Assembly: GCA_030699685.1 (NCBI GenBank)
Contig: JAUYLJ010000068.1
Span: forward strand, 8,947 to 72,946
DNA from: a bacterium
GTDB lineage: Bacteria > Patescibacteriota > Patescibacteriia > JAHIZJ01
Length of the DNA stretch: 64,000 nucleotides
Direction: 5' to 3'
How positions within the stretch are numbered: the first letter of the stretch is position 1; each line of letters starts with the position of its first letter. Shown here one piece after another: positions 36,185 to 46,869 of the stretch. Under the pieces are notes generated by a model. It was given only the letters and a program-made list of their open reading frames with translations, was not told where the DNA came from and did not search any database. The position numbers were made by a program, and so were the translations under genes.

Positions 36185-37384
36185 GTGAAGATTGGAATCG
36201 ACGCCTCACGAGCCAACCTCTTACAGAAAACCGGCACCGAGCTCTACGCATACACTGTGATCGAGGAGCTGAAAAAGATCGCTCAACCCGAAGATCGCTT
36301 TATTTTGTATTCCAAAGAAGCGCTTCGCGGGGGACTGGAGCGGCTGCCAGGTAATTTTTCTTCCCAGGTTTTACGCTGGCCTCCGGGTGTACTCTGGACG
36401 CAACTTCGCCTGTCCATCAACCAGATGCGCCAGCGCCCGGACGTGCTTTTTGTCCCGGCGCACACTCTGCCGCTGATCGCAGGGGAAAAAACAGTCCTGA
36501 CGCTCCACGATATTGGCTTTGAGCGACTGGCCCATCTCTACTCGCCTGATGAAATCGGTCCCAAAGGCTGGGCGAAAAAATTATTGTCCGCGATGGTCAG
36601 ACTGGCGACGGGCGGGCGGTATCAAGCGAATGAATTGGACTACCACCGCTGGTCTACTCGCTGGGCTCTCAGACATGCCGATGCCATCATCGTCCCGTCG
36701 CAATTCACAAAAGATGAAATAGTTGAAGTATTCGGCGCCGACCCGGATATAATTACCGTTATCTATCACGGAGTGGATTATGAACGATTCCGCCCGGCTG
36801 ATGCGTCTCAATCAGCGGCTGTTTTGCGTCGATACGGTATCACCGATCCCTACTTCTTGTTCATCGGCCGGCTGGAAGCCAAGAAGAACACCGCCGGCCT
36901 AGTTGAAGCCTTTGCCATCTTAAAACACGCGTACAAACTTCCTCATAAATTGGTCTTAGCCGGCAAGCCGGGATTTGGCTACGAGAAAGTTCGTAACGCC
37001 ATTCTGAAACACAATCTTTCCAAAGAGATCATCTTTCCTGGCTATGTGGATTCAGCCGACACGGCCGCTCTGTATTCGGCGGCTTCCGTTTTTCTTTTCC
37101 CCACGCTCTACGAAGGTTTTGGTTTGCCGGTGCTCGAAGCGATGGCCTGTGATACGCCCGTAGTGGCCAGCAATCTGGCCTCTCTTCCGGAAATCTCAGG
37201 AACGGCGGCCCAACTGGTCGATCCATACGATCCCGATGAAATCGCTTCAGCCGTGGCTCGCGTTGCCAGCACGCCCAATCTAAGAGAAACTATGCGTCAT
37301 CGTGGCCGCGAGCAGGTGCGCCGCTTCCGGTGGTCAGAAGCCGCTAAAAAGACCTATCAGCTTATTCGCGATATAGCTGCCTAG
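36185..37384 (+). CDS. family 4 glycosyltransferase
   Basis: GT4 C-terminal motif FLFPTLYEGFGLPVLEAMACDTPVVAS. Confidence 0.85.
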   Translation: MKIGIDASRANLLQKTGTELYAYTVIEELKKIAQPEDRFILYSKEALRGGLERLPGNFSSQVLRWPPGVLWTQLRLSINQMRQRPDVLFVPAHTLPLIAGEKTVLTLHDIGFERLAHLYSPDEIGPKGWAKKLLSAMVRLATGGRYQANELDYHRWSTRWALRHADAIIVPSQFTKDEIVEVFGADPDIITVIYHGVDYERFRPADASQSAAVLRRYGITDPYFLFIGRLEAKKNTAGLVEAFAILKHAYKLPHKLVLAGKPGFGYEKVRNAILKHNLSKEIIFPGYVDSADTAALYSAASVFLFPTLYEGFGLPVLEAMACDTPVVASNLASLPEISGTAAQLVDPYDPDEIASAVARVASTPNLRETMRHRGREQVRRFRWSEAAKKTYQLIRDIAA

Positions 37385-37429
37385 TGCTGGCTTGTATTCT
37401 TTGAAAAAAGCCTGTTTTGTGGTAAAATC

Positions 37430-38458
37430 GTGGTGATGAAAACATCAAAAAAGTCACATGTTTCTTGGAAGGTCATAGGACACGGGAAAATACTCGAATT
37501 TTTGGAAATGGCGATCGTGGACAATACACTGACCTCAGCGTATCTTTTTCATGGTCCGGCCAAGGTTGGTAAATCCACCGTTGCCAAACAATTCATCAAC
37601 GCGGTTCTTTGCGAGCAAACCGATGCCCCTTGCGGTTCGTGCAATGGATGCAAATCATTTTTGAACAAGAATCACCCGGACGTCGTCTGGGTGGAAAAAT
37701 CCTTGGAACAGAAAAATATCGGTATTGATCAAATCAGAGAACAGGTCATTCATCGTCATCATTTACGACCATCTTTTGCTCAGTACCAGATTACTGTCAT
37801 AGACCAGGCCGAAACCCTCAGTCTGGAAGCGGCCAACAGCTTGCTTAAAACTTTGGAAGAGCCTTCGGCCGAATCAATTATCATTATCATTGCCGACTCA
37901 CCTGAACGTTTGCCGAAAACTATAGTTTCACGATGCCAGCGGATTGAATTTTTTACTGTTACCACGGACGCGATCAGGGATTTTGTTGTCGCGGAATCAG
38001 ACACTGCCATTTCCAAAGGGGTAATTGAGGATATCAGCCATTCTGCCAACGGCCGGCCAGGAATCGCCTGGCGCTTCATCCATGTCCCCGAAGAATGGAA
38101 AACGTATCAGGACGATGTGCTATCTTTTGTTGAAGTCATTAACGCGCCTCTATCAGCACGTTTTCGCTTTGTACAAGATCTTCTGAGCGCTAAATCTTTC
38201 CAGGAAAACGTGAGTGTGGCCATGAACGCCCTCAAGCTCTGGCAAACGGTTTTGCGGTCATTACTCTTGGGGGGTTACGGCGTTGAAAGCCAGCGTCTCA
38301 GAGCCTTGGACAAGCTTTCCGGAAAGAAGCTCCAGTTTTCCCGCGGCGATCTTGCGTCATGGCTTGGAGAAGCGTATCGTTTACGGCGAGGGCTCGAAGC
38401 GAATCTCTCGCCAAAATTAGCAGTCGAACATTTTTTACTTTTATTTCCTAGTTCATGA
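37430..38458 (+). CDS. holB: DNA polymerase III subunit delta-prime
   Basis: AYLFHGPAKVGKSTVAKQF...CEQTDAPCGSCNGCKSFLNKNHPDVVWVE (zinc module), SRCQRIEF sensor motif. Confidence 0.8.
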   Translation: MVMKTSKKSHVSWKVIGHGKILEFLEMAIVDNTLTSAYLFHGPAKVGKSTVAKQFINAVLCEQTDAPCGSCNGCKSFLNKNHPDVVWVEKSLEQKNIGIDQIREQVIHRHHLRPSFAQYQITVIDQAETLSLEAANSLLKTLEEPSAESIIIIIADSPERLPKTIVSRCQRIEFFTVTTDAIRDFVVAESDTAISKGVIEDISHSANGRPGIAWRFIHVPEEWKTYQDDVLSFVEVINAPLSARFRFVQDLLSAKSFQENVSVAMNALKLWQTVLRSLLLGGYGVESQRLRALDKLSGKKLQFSRGDLASWLGEAYRLRRGLEANLSPKLAVEHFLLLFPSS

Positions 38459-39516
38459 CGCGAAAATTATTTATAGTGGCGCTTGTTTCATTCAGTCTGG
38501 TGCTGACTGGTTTTTCATGCAATTTCAAAAAAGAAGTTGATATGACAGGCGGCGTTTTCAAGTCGCTGGACGGCGGACTGACCTGGGCGCAAAAAGGTTT
38601 TATCACCAGCACGGAAGAAGAAACGCTCACGCTTAACGGGTACAACATCAGGGACGTGGCCCTTCATCCTTCAAACCCATCCTTGGTTTTTGCCGCGACG
38701 AACGCCAATGGACTATACCGGTCGACTGATGACGCCGCCTCCTGGACCCCCACCGGCCTGGACGCCGGGCAGATAACCAGCGTGGCAGTGGATCCTGGCA
38801 ATGCCCAGGTTCTCTATGCCACCAGCGGCCGCTTTCTGTATAAAAGCTCGGATCAGGGAGACCATTGGGAGCAATTATATACCGATAGTCGTTCGGGCGA
38901 GCGCCTGTTTAACGTGGCTGTTGATGCATTTGATTCACAACGCATTTATATCAGCAATGGATCCGGCGCCTTATTCAAAAGCTATGACGGAGGAAATAAC
39001 TGGCAACAAATTCACTGGTTTGATGAGCCGATACAGCTGCTCCGGCTCAGTCCGGCTGATACCCGGCATGTATACGCGGTGGTGGGCAATAAAGAAGGAT
39101 TGTTCTTTTCATCCGATGGGGGAGAAAACTGGGAATCGTTTCGAGATCGGCTTCGTTCCATCAGCCGGGACACGCTTACTATCCATGACCTAGCCTTCCA
39201 TCCGACACGGCCGGAAATCATATATATAGGCACGGACTACGGCTTACTGAAGAGCGAGGACGCCGGACAGACTTGGGCGACAGTGAAAACGCTGATTAAT
39301 TTCGGAGCTGAAGCGATCCGAAACGTGGCATTCAATCCGCTCAACCCTGAGCAGATGTATCATAGCACCGCCCAACTAGTCTACGTTTCCGATGACGGCG
39401 GTTTTACCTGGAAGGCATTGACCGCGTTACCTTCGCAACGTACAATAAACCAGCTTGTGATCCATCCAACAGACACTGACACTATATATGTTGGCCTGCT
39501 TCAAGAAAACGAATAA
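38455..39516 (+). CDS. BNR/Asp-box repeat beta-propeller lipoprotein (Ycf48-like)
   Basis: At least seven Asp-box repeats (SLDGGLTW, STDDAASW, SSDQGDHW, SYDGGNNW, SSDGGENW, SEDAGQTW, SDDGGFTW). Lipobox-like LTGFSC at the N-terminus. Confidence 0.75.
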   Translation: MTRKLFIVALVSFSLVLTGFSCNFKKEVDMTGGVFKSLDGGLTWAQKGFITSTEEETLTLNGYNIRDVALHPSNPSLVFAATNANGLYRSTDDAASWTPTGLDAGQITSVAVDPGNAQVLYATSGRFLYKSSDQGDHWEQLYTDSRSGERLFNVAVDAFDSQRIYISNGSGALFKSYDGGNNWQQIHWFDEPIQLLRLSPADTRHVYAVVGNKEGLFFSSDGGENWESFRDRLRSISRDTLTIHDLAFHPTRPEIIYIGTDYGLLKSEDAGQTWATVKTLINFGAEAIRNVAFNPLNPEQMYHSTAQLVYVSDDGGFTWKALTALPSQRTINQLVIHPTDTDTIYVGLLQENE

Positions 39517-39528
39517 CGCACTATTTCT

Positions 39529-40077
39529 ATGCAACAATCCGAGTTGAAATCAGAACTGAAAAACGTAATTGATTACTATCAAAAAGAGCTTTCCGCCCTC
39601 AGAGTAGGACGGGCTACTCCCGCGTTGGTTGAAAACATTCAAGTCGAATACTACGGCACAAAAACACCATTGATTCAGCTGGCCAGCATCAACACTCCTG
39701 ACACCAAAACGATAGTGGTCCAGCCATGGGATAAAGGAGCTTTGAAAGACGTGGAACGGGCGTTGAATGGAGCTGACCTGGGTACCTCGCCCATTATTGA
39801 TGGTGATGTCATTCGCATACAGATGCCACCATTAACTGAAGAACGCAGAACTCAAGTGGTGAAGTTAGTCAAAGAAAAATCCGAGCAGGCTAAAATCCGC
39901 ATCAGGCAGATTCGAGAAGAGGTAATGAAAGAATTAAAGAAACAAAAAGACTCAGGTGACCTATCTGAAGACACGTATTTTCGTGAAGAGAAAGAGGTGC
40001 AGCAAGATATTGATCAGGCCATCGATGGAATTGCCACCCAGGAAAAATCCAAAGAAGATGAAATAATGAAACTGTAG
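39529..40077 (+). CDS. frr: ribosome recycling factor
   Basis: ELKNVIDYYQKELSALRVGRATPALVENIQVEYYG. Confidence 0.9.
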   Translation: MQQSELKSELKNVIDYYQKELSALRVGRATPALVENIQVEYYGTKTPLIQLASINTPDTKTIVVQPWDKGALKDVERALNGADLGTSPIIDGDVIRIQMPPLTEERRTQVVKLVKEKSEQAKIRIRQIREEVMKELKKQKDSGDLSEDTYFREEKEVQQDIDQAIDGIATQEKSKEDEIMKL

Positions 40078-40078
40078 A

Positions 40079-41182
40079 ATGTGGACTGTCGTATTATTCA
40101 TTGTCGTACTCGGAGTTATTGTCCTGGTTCATGAATTAGGGCATTTTACCGCCGCCCGACGTTTCGGGATGAAAGTGGAAGAATTTGGTTTGGGATTTCC
40201 CCCCAGGATCGGCGGCATCAGACGGAAGGGGACGCTCTATTCACTCAACTGGATACCCGTTGGAGGATTCGTGAAAATCAAGGGTGAGGACGGCTCGCAG
40301 ACAAGTGAAAATGACAGCTTCGCCAGCCGCCCCATCTGGCAGCGAGGTATCGTGCTGGCGGCCGGCGTGATAATGAACATCGTTTTGGCTTTTGTCTTGC
40401 TCACGGTCGGCTTTTCCATCGGCCTGCCCACGGTAGTTGATGAGTCGTTACCGGCTGAAAGCATTCGAGAACTGAAAGTGCAAATTCTCGGGGTGGAGCC
40501 CGGCACTCCCGCCGCTGAGGCTGATTTACAGCTTGGCGATGAAATTGTCGCGATCGACGGGGAAGAAGTGACCAGCGTGGCGCAGGTTCAGGACTTAAAT
40601 AGCGACCGCGTCAATGAGGAAGTGTCACTGACAATCAGCCGTTTCGGTGACGAAATAGAGAAGAATATCACTTTGGCTGACCTTGACGGTTCTGGCAACG
40701 GCAAGATGGGTGTCAGCCTGGCAGAGACCGGCGTGGTTTCGTATCCCTGGTATCAGTCCATCTGGCTGGGTTTCAAATCCACCTTTAATCTCCTTTGGGC
40801 GATTATTCTCGCGTTTTATACCATCATCAAGGGCTTGTTTGTGGGCCAGCCCATACCGGCGGATCTGTCGGGTCCGGTGGGTATCGCGGTGATGACCGGA
40901 CAAGTGGCCCAGCTGGGTTTTGTTTACCTGATGCAGTTCACCGCGGTGTTATCTCTGAACCTGGCAATCCTGAATTTTATCCCTTTCCCGGCTCTGGACG
41001 GAGGGCGTTTTCTCTTCCTGGTGATCGAGAAAATCAAAGGCTCAAAAATTAACCAACGGACGGAAGCTCTCATCCACAACATCGGCTTCGCCGTTTTGAT
41101 GATACTGGTTTTGCTTGTTACCTTCAGGGATATTGGTAAGTTCAGTGATTCAATCACGGGATTTTTTAAGGGCTTGTTCTAG
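40079..41182 (+). CDS. rseP: RIP metalloprotease RseP (site-2 protease, M50) with PDZ domain
   Basis: HELGHFTAARRFGMKVEEF (HExxH), a central PDZ-like domain, and C-terminal LDGGR motif (FPALDGGRFLF). Confidence 0.85.
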   Translation: MWTVVLFIVVLGVIVLVHELGHFTAARRFGMKVEEFGLGFPPRIGGIRRKGTLYSLNWIPVGGFVKIKGEDGSQTSENDSFASRPIWQRGIVLAAGVIMNIVLAFVLLTVGFSIGLPTVVDESLPAESIRELKVQILGVEPGTPAAEADLQLGDEIVAIDGEEVTSVAQVQDLNSDRVNEEVSLTISRFGDEIEKNITLADLDGSGNGKMGVSLAETGVVSYPWYQSIWLGFKSTFNLLWAIILAFYTIIKGLFVGQPIPADLSGPVGIAVMTGQVAQLGFVYLMQFTAVLSLNLAILNFIPFPALDGGRFLFLVIEKIKGSKINQRTEALIHNIGFAVLMILVLLVTFRDIGKFSDSITGFFKGLF

Positions 41183-41184
41183 CC

Positions 41185-42435
41185 ATGAGACAATCGCGGC
41201 TCTTCACTAAAACACATAAAGAAGATCCTAAGGGGGAATTATCGCACAATGCCCAGCTTTTGGTTCGGGCAGGCTACATCCATAAAGAAATGGCAGGTGT
41301 CTATACCTATCTCCCGCTGGGATTGAGGGTGATTGACAAGATCACTACGATTATCCGTGAGGAGATGAATGCTATCGGCGGTCAGGAAGTACTGATGACA
41401 ACTTTGCAGGATCCAGCTTCTTGGAAAAAGAGCGGCCGCTGGGATGATAACGTGGTCGATATTTGGTTCAAAACCCAGCTCAAAAACGGTAGCGAACTTG
41501 GTATTGCCAACACCCATGAAGAAGCGCTTACCGCGTTACTCCTTGATCATGTTTCTTCGTACAAAGATCTTCCCGTCTATATCTATCAATTTCAGAATAA
41601 ATTTAGAAACGAACTCAGGGCCAAGAGCGGAATCATGCGGACGCGCGAGTTTATCATGAAGGACCTCTATTCATTCAGCCGAAACACGGAAGAGTTTCAG
41701 GAGTTTTATGAGGTATGTGCCGGAGCCTATCACAAGATATTCCAGCGCGCTGGCATTGGGCACCTCACCTACAGAACCTACGCCAGCGGCGGGTCTTTCA
41801 GTGAATTTAGTGATGAGTTCCAGACACTTTCGGAAGCGGGCGAAGACACGATTTATCTTGATGAACAAAAACAGGTGGCAGTGAACAAGGAGATTTTGAA
41901 TGATGACATACTGAAAAAACTTTCAATTGATAAAGACAAGCTAGTTGAAAAAAAAGCGATTGAAGTTGGAAATATTTTCCCATTGGGCACTAAATTTTCC
42001 GAAGCGATTGGCTTGCGGTACACCGACAACGACGGGAAAGAACAAACGCCGATTATGGGATGCTATGGCATTGGCTTGGGGCGACTGATGGGCACAATCG
42101 TGGAAGTGCTATCAGACGGCAAAGGGATAGTCTGGCCAGAGTCAGTGGCGCCGTTCCAGTTTCACCTGATCCGACTGGGTGAAGCGGCGGAAGTGAAGGA
42201 AAAGTGCGATCGTTTCTACGACACTTGCCAAAAATCCGGTTTTGATATACTGTATGACGACCGCGAAGCCAGCGCCGGCGACAAATTACATGACGCTGAC
42301 CTGCTGGGCATCCCAGTCCGGCTGGTGATCAGCGCGAAAACCGGTGAAAAAATTGAATACAAAAAGCGCACGGAGGAATCAGCCAGTCTGGTTGATATTA
42401 CATCTTTCATCGAGACCGCTACGAAATCGAAATGA
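41185..42435 (+). CDS. proS: prolyl-tRNA synthetase (short form, no insertion editing domain)
   Basis: TKTHKEDPKGELSHNAQLLVRAGYIHKEMAGVYTYLPLGLRVIDKITTIIREEM and class II motifs (FRNELRAKSGIMRTREFIMKDLYSF). 416 aa. Confidence 0.85.
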   Translation: MRQSRLFTKTHKEDPKGELSHNAQLLVRAGYIHKEMAGVYTYLPLGLRVIDKITTIIREEMNAIGGQEVLMTTLQDPASWKKSGRWDDNVVDIWFKTQLKNGSELGIANTHEEALTALLLDHVSSYKDLPVYIYQFQNKFRNELRAKSGIMRTREFIMKDLYSFSRNTEEFQEFYEVCAGAYHKIFQRAGIGHLTYRTYASGGSFSEFSDEFQTLSEAGEDTIYLDEQKQVAVNKEILNDDILKKLSIDKDKLVEKKAIEVGNIFPLGTKFSEAIGLRYTDNDGKEQTPIMGCYGIGLGRLMGTIVEVLSDGKGIVWPESVAPFQFHLIRLGEAAEVKEKCDRFYDTCQKSGFDILYDDREASAGDKLHDADLLGIPVRLVISAKTGEKIEYKKRTEESASLVDITSFIETATKSK

Positions 42436-43481
42436 TCAACCTCTTCAACCGCTTTTTTGGCCGATTCTCCAAAGATATGGGAATCGACCTCGGCACGTCC
42501 AACACTCTTGTCTACGTTAAAGACAGGGGTATCGTTATTAATGAGCCCTCAATCGTCGCGGTGAACACCCGCACCGACCAGATTATCGCCGTGGGGGAGG
42601 AAGCCCGCCGGATGATGGGCAAGACGCCCTCCCATATCATCGCCACCAAGGCATTGGTTGACGGCGTGATTTCAGACTATGAAGTTACCGAACGGATGCT
42701 TCGCCACTTCATTGAAAAGGTTCACCGTGAATCATTTACTATCCTTCCTCGTCCAAGGATCGTGATTGGCGTACCGCAGGGGATTACCGAGGTCGAGCTC
42801 AAAGCCGTGGAAGACGCCACTCTCAATGCCGGCGCCAGACAAGTCTTCTTAATCGAAGAGCCCATGGCCGCGGCTATCGGCGCCCGGCTGCCTATCCAAG
42901 AAGCTTCAGGCAACATGATTGTCGACATCGGCGGCGGGACAACCGAGATCGCCGTCATCTCCCTGGGCGGAATCATCACCTGGAAATCTTTGCGCGTGGC
43001 GGGGGACGAACTTGACCAAAACATCATCCAGTACGCCAGAGAGAATTTCAATCTTTTGCTCGGCGAACTGACTGCCGAAAGAATTAAAGTCAAGGTGGCC
43101 ATGGCTGGTGATATTCAAGAACCGCTGGAAACAAAGATGCGGGGACGGGATCTTATTTCCGGGCTCCCTCGGGAAGTCTCGATCAACAGCTTTCAAGTTC
43201 AGGAAGCGATCCAGCGCTCAATCCGTTTGATAATCGAAAACGTCAAAGACACCATCGAATCAACTCCGCCTGAGTTGGTGGCTGATATATTCGAAAGGGG
43301 CATAGTATTGACCGGCGGAGGCGCTTTGCTGGACGGACTGGATAAAGTAATTCACAAGGAAACGCAAATTCCGGTACATATCGCTGATGATCCGCTTACC
43401 TGCGTCGTCAGAGGAACCGGCCTGGTACTTGACGACCTGGCCAAGCTTAAAGATGTATTAGCGCTTTCCACACAGGACTAA
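42432..43481 (+). CDS. mreB: rod shape-determining protein MreB, paralog 2 (upstream of mreCD)
   Basis: MGIDLGTSNTLVYVKDRGIVINEPSIVAV...DIGGGTTEIAVISLGG. Confidence 0.9.
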   Translation: MINLFNRFFGRFSKDMGIDLGTSNTLVYVKDRGIVINEPSIVAVNTRTDQIIAVGEEARRMMGKTPSHIIATKALVDGVISDYEVTERMLRHFIEKVHRESFTILPRPRIVIGVPQGITEVELKAVEDATLNAGARQVFLIEEPMAAAIGARLPIQEASGNMIVDIGGGTTEIAVISLGGIITWKSLRVAGDELDQNIIQYARENFNLLLGELTAERIKVKVAMAGDIQEPLETKMRGRDLISGLPREVSINSFQVQEAIQRSIRLIIENVKDTIESTPPELVADIFERGIVLTGGGALLDGLDKVIHKETQIPVHIADDPLTCVVRGTGLVLDDLAKLKDVLALSTQD

Positions 43482-43483
43482 AC

Positions 43484-44299
43484 ATGCGTTCGAGAATTTG
43501 GGCTTTCAGCTTGCTTACCCTGGGCGTCGTCGGCCTGGTCATCATCGGGCACAGTCTTGGTATTCTTACTCCTTTCGGTGACCTGACGGCAAAAGTGTTA
43601 CGGCCTCTCCAAGGGAGCGGCTGGCCCTTTGCTCAGCAAATTGATTCCTGGTTGACGCAGCGGGACAGTGAAGACTCTCTCAGAAGTGAAAACGAGTCCC
43701 TGAAAGAAGAACGTGACAGACTGCTTCAGGAAAACTCTAGATTACTCTCAGAAGTGTCGGATCTAGAGATAACCCGAGAAGAGCGCGCGTTCCTTGATGA
43801 TAAAGGGCTTCGCTATGTGAGCTCCCGGGTGATCGGCCGCAGTTCAGACGCGATACTAGAGCAAGTAATCATTAACGTTGGCCGAGACGACGGGGTGCAA
43901 GTGGGATTTGCCGTGACAGCCGAGTCAGGTTTTCTCATCGGTAAGGTGACTGACGTAAGCGGCTCAATTGCCAAGGTGCTTTTGATCACGGACCAAAGAA
44001 CGGAAATTGCCGCGGAAGTGCAGAATGAAACCGGTGCGCCAGGCATCGTGGCCGGGCAGCTGGGGCTCTCACTGGCGATGAAGCTCATCCCGCAAAACGA
44101 AGTTATCCAGTCGGATCAGCGCGTTATCACCTCGGGTCTTGAATCCAGTATCCCCAAGGGGCTCTTGATCGGCACGATCAGCGAAGTTTCAATCAATCCC
44201 GGCGATATTTTTCAAGAGGCGACTGTTTCGACCCCAATTGATTTCAAAAATCTTGGCGTGGTTTCCGTAATTATCCCGGAGATAGCCAACGATGCGTAG
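43484..44299 (+). CDS. mreC: rod shape-determining protein MreC
   Basis: N-terminal TM, coiled coil (LKEERDRLLQENSRLLSEVSDLE), C-terminal beta domain. Follows mreB. Confidence 0.75.
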   Translation: MRSRIWAFSLLTLGVVGLVIIGHSLGILTPFGDLTAKVLRPLQGSGWPFAQQIDSWLTQRDSEDSLRSENESLKEERDRLLQENSRLLSEVSDLEITREERAFLDDKGLRYVSSRVIGRSSDAILEQVIINVGRDDGVQVGFAVTAESGFLIGKVTDVSGSIAKVLLITDQRTEIAAEVQNETGAPGIVAGQLGLSLAMKLIPQNEVIQSDQRVITSGLESSIPKGLLIGTISEVSINPGDIFQEATVSTPIDFKNLGVVSVIIPEIANDA

Positions 44300-44822
44300 A
44301 TATATCGCGGGAATTGTATCAGTTGTACTGGTGGTCGTGGTAGATGTTTCATTTTTGAATAAATTTGAATTTTTTTACTCATACGTCACCCTCTATGTCC
44401 TGGCTTCAATGTTTGCCATTCTTATTTTGCCGATTCGGCGGGCATTGATTTGGATAATCGGTCTGGGGCTGGTGGCAGACGTCTTTTCGGGATTGGGATA
44501 TGGGTTGATCACCGGGGCGCTGTTTTTTTCTTCCGTTGTCGGCTATATGCTGTTTGCCACGTATTTTTCCCATCGCAGCGGTTTGACCAGCGTTTTTTTG
44601 ATCGGATTAATGACATCGTTGTATTGGATTTGTCTCAACGCGTTTTCCGTACTCTATTTCTTAGTCGGATTAAGCGATATCTGGGTTGGATGGTCAGGAA
44701 GTTTCTGGCTTCTGGCGCTGAGCCACTCATTGGTGACTAGTCTGACATTTACGGTTATTTATGCTATATTCAGCAATGTGCTCAGACGATTTCGTGAAAG
44801 ATTCGTAATTACCCGAACTTAA
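44292..44822 (+). CDS. mreD: rod shape-determining protein MreD
   Basis: Small polytopic membrane protein immediately after mreC, overlapping it by 8 bp. Confidence 0.6.
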   Translation: MRRYIAGIVSVVLVVVVDVSFLNKFEFFYSYVTLYVLASMFAILILPIRRALIWIIGLGLVADVFSGLGYGLITGALFFSSVVGYMLFATYFSHRSGLTSVFLIGLMTSLYWICLNAFSVLYFLVGLSDIWVGWSGSFWLLALSHSLVTSLTFTVIYAIFSNVLRRFRERFVITRT

Positions 44823-44826
44823 GCCA

Positions 44827-46749
44827 ATGGATATCAATCCTTTTGACATTTTCGGTAATACGCGTGAAATAAAAAGCCGGGAAGTGTCCGGTTTTTCCGA
44901 ACGACGCAGCAGCGGTGATGAATTTCGCCCGGATGACGCTGAGCGGGGTTCATTGCGACTGCACGTTTCGTCAAACAAATTGCATCTTTTTTTCTATGCC
45001 ATCCTTCTCGGATTGCTTGTTTTGGTCGTTCGTACCGGACAGCTGCAAATAGTCAGGGGGGCCGAATACAGGGAATTGGCCGAGGATAACCGGGTGCGCA
45101 TACAGCGCATCAAACCTCCTCGCGGATTGATTTACGACCGAAACAGCCAAGCACTGGTGGAAAACATTCCTAATTTTACCTTGCGCGTCATACCCGGTGA
45201 TTTTCCATCAGACATCGAGGAAGGTGACCGGCTACTGCAGGTTCTGGCCGAGTCGTTGGACCTTAGCGCCCAGGAAATGTCGACTGCTATTTCCGAAGTT
45301 CCATCCTACTCCTACCAGCCGCTAAACTTGGCGCAACATATTGATATTGAGAAGGCGATTGAACTGAAGATTCGGACAAAAGATTTCCCCGGCATATCCA
45401 TCCAGGCAGAATCTGGCAGACACTATACGGGCGGAAATACTTTTTCCCATATTCTCGGGTATATCGGTAAAATCACCGAAGATGAGCTGGAGACTCTCGA
45501 AGAAAAAAATTATGCCCGCGATGACACCACCGGAAAAACCGGATTGGAATACTCATACGAAGACGTACTGCGAGGCCAATACGGCCAACAGCACATTGAA
45601 GTTGATTCCCTCGGTAAAACTGAGAAGGTAGTCGCCTCGGAAGATCCGATTCCTGGGCAGAACATTATTTTATCGGTAGACGCGACGTACCAACAAAAAT
45701 TACAGGAATTGCTTGACGCGAAAGTTGATGAAATCGGAACAAGCGGCGGCGCGGCTATTGCCATGGATCCACGAAACGGAGAAATTCTGGCTCTGGTCAC
45801 GTCTCCGACCTATGAAAACAACGCCTTTATTGACGGTATTAGCAGTCAGGCATTCAGCGACCTGATTAATGATCCGAGACAGCCCCTTTTTAACCGCGTC
45901 ATTAGCGGCGAATATCCCTCTGGTTCAACTATTAAGCCGCTCATTGCCGCCGCCGCGTTGCAGGAAGGAATAGTTACTCCCAACTCGGAGGTGCTCAGTA
46001 ACGGGGGAATCCGCATCGGTCAATGGTTTTTTCCAGACTGGAAAGCAGGCGGTCATGGAACTACCAACCTGAAGAAAGCCATTGCTGAATCGGTGAACAC
46101 CTATTTTTACATTATCGGCGGCGGCTATGAGGAAAAAACAGGACTAGGAGTCGAACGAATCAAAACCTACTCTGAACTTTTTGGGCTGAATCAACAGCTC
46201 GGCATTGACCTGCCGAATGAAGCAAGCGGCTTTCTCCCTAGCAAGGAGTGGAAAGAATCCGTCAAGGAGGAGGCCTGGTATGTCGGCGACACCTATCATT
46301 TGGCGATTGGACAGGGGGATCTTCTTGTTACCCCTCTTCAAATCGCCGCCATGACCTCAGTCTTCGCAAACGGCGGGACATTGTACCAGCCTCGTCTGGT
46401 CAGGGCTTTTTCCGATCAGCAAACAAATGAAGTGCGCTATCTTGATCCAGTGACAGTCAATGAGACAGTGTTGCTTCGTTCATCGATAGATCCCGTTCGT
46501 GAAGGCTTACGCGAGGCGGTTTTATCCGGCAGCGCCCGTTCATTGTCCGTTCTGCCTGTTTCCGCCGCCGGGAAAACTGGCACGGCCCAGTTTGCCACTG
46601 ATAAAACACACTCCTGGTTTACTTCATTCGCCCCTTATGAAAACCCGGAAATCGTAGTGACTGTAATGGTTGAGGGGGGAGGTGAGGGTAATGACGCGGC
46701 TCTTCCTGTTGCCCGTGATTTTCTTACTTGGTATTACGGTCGTAAGTAA
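44827..46749 (+). CDS. mrdA: penicillin-binding protein 2 (peptidoglycan D,D-transpeptidase)
   Basis: Transpeptidase motifs SGSTIKP (SxxK), SNG (SxN) and KTGTAQ (KTG). N-terminal TM and dimerisation domain. Follows mreBCD. Confidence 0.9.
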   Translation: MDINPFDIFGNTREIKSREVSGFSERRSSGDEFRPDDAERGSLRLHVSSNKLHLFFYAILLGLLVLVVRTGQLQIVRGAEYRELAEDNRVRIQRIKPPRGLIYDRNSQALVENIPNFTLRVIPGDFPSDIEEGDRLLQVLAESLDLSAQEMSTAISEVPSYSYQPLNLAQHIDIEKAIELKIRTKDFPGISIQAESGRHYTGGNTFSHILGYIGKITEDELETLEEKNYARDDTTGKTGLEYSYEDVLRGQYGQQHIEVDSLGKTEKVVASEDPIPGQNIILSVDATYQQKLQELLDAKVDEIGTSGGAAIAMDPRNGEILALVTSPTYENNAFIDGISSQAFSDLINDPRQPLFNRVISGEYPSGSTIKPLIAAAALQEGIVTPNSEVLSNGGIRIGQWFFPDWKAGGHGTTNLKKAIAESVNTYFYIIGGGYEEKTGLGVERIKTYSELFGLNQQLGIDLPNEASGFLPSKEWKESVKEEAWYVGDTYHLAIGQGDLLVTPLQIAAMTSVFANGGTLYQPRLVRAFSDQQTNEVRYLDPVTVNETVLLRSSIDPVREGLREAVLSGSARSLSVLPVSAAGKTGTAQFATDKTHSWFTSFAPYENPEIVVTVMVEGGGEGNDAALPVARDFLTWYYGRK

Positions 46750-46765
46750 GCTGTGGATAACTCCA

Positions 46766-46794
46766 TTGACAAAAAACCTATAAATTACTATTAA
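46766..46794 (+). promoter_or_regulatory. sigma70-like promoter upstream of greA
   Basis: TTGACA-17 nt-TATTAA at 46766..46794. Confidence 0.4.
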
Positions 46795-46869
46795 TCTATA
46801 CAGCCCAGGTAAAGCATACCGGGCGGGTTACAGTCTTTTGATTCGTTTAGGAATTAGGAATTTAGATTT